From Squalus acanthias (Eukaryota): DNA of 64,000 nt. The stretch is taken from positions 30,320,001-30,384,000 of the forward strand of contig CM059432.1 in the NCBI GenBank assembly GCA_030390025.1, written 5' to 3'. Each line of letters starts with the position of its first letter. Position 1 is the stretch's first letter. The translations under genes were made by a program, and so were the position numbers. Positions 63,679 to 64,000 of the stretch are shown in pieces. The notes under the pieces were generated by a model that had not been told where the DNA came from, did no database searches, and was given only the letters and a program-made list of their open reading frames with translations.

Positions 63679-64000
63679 GGGCTGGATTTTGTCAATGGGG
63701 AGCTTTTGGAGGCGGGACTCCCACTTGTCGGGTTTCAGTCCCGCCTCCATCAACTTCTGGCCAACCCATGCTATTTTCCCTTGATTGACCTTGTTAAGCC
63801 CACCCAGCGGGCTTAGCAGGCCAATTAAGGGAAAGTCGGTTACAGAGAATGTCAGTGGATGACGTTCCATCTGTCAAAAATTTTTGACAGATGAATTGTC
63901 ATCGTTTGACAGCTCTGTGAAGACCTCATCAAACACTGACATTCTCTGTAGTTTGATGAGGTCTTGAATTCAAGACTCATCAAACCTCTTTCTTTAGCAG
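63679..64000. mobile_element. Harbinger-type element, left end (runs off window)
   Basis: TAA then GGGCTGGATTTTG TIR and GGAGGCGGG subterminal motifs as in copies A and B. Confidence 0.8.

Noticed and set aside
63951..63985. Hammerhead ribozyme (TTGATGAG plus hairpin)
   Set aside because: Lacks the CUGA start and the GAAA box after the stem.

Overview
Vertebrate nuclear DNA, most likely from a cartilaginous fish (inferred from the repeat families), made almost entirely of nested transposable elements; no host protein-coding exon could be identified with confidence. It holds three large copies of one PIF/Harbinger family (transposase plus a convergent 3-exon Myb/SANT coiled-coil gene), two fragments of a second Harbinger family and at least seven Harbinger-type MITEs. 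It also holds two near-full-length CR1 LINEs (zinc-finger/leucine-zipper/SGNH-esterase ORF1 plus APE-RT ORF2), truncated CR1 and L2 copies, many Deu-domain tRNA SINEs, an LF-SINE-like copy, three solo LTRs with 4-bp TSDs and two Penelope fragments with hammerhead ribozyme motifs. The best candidate for something unusual is an apparently ORF1-less APE-RT LINE (60522-63678) whose 5' leader is the body of a tRNA-type SINE found separately at 23902-24251; that SINE also carries the LINE's 3' tail. All family calls are by eye and need database confirmation.
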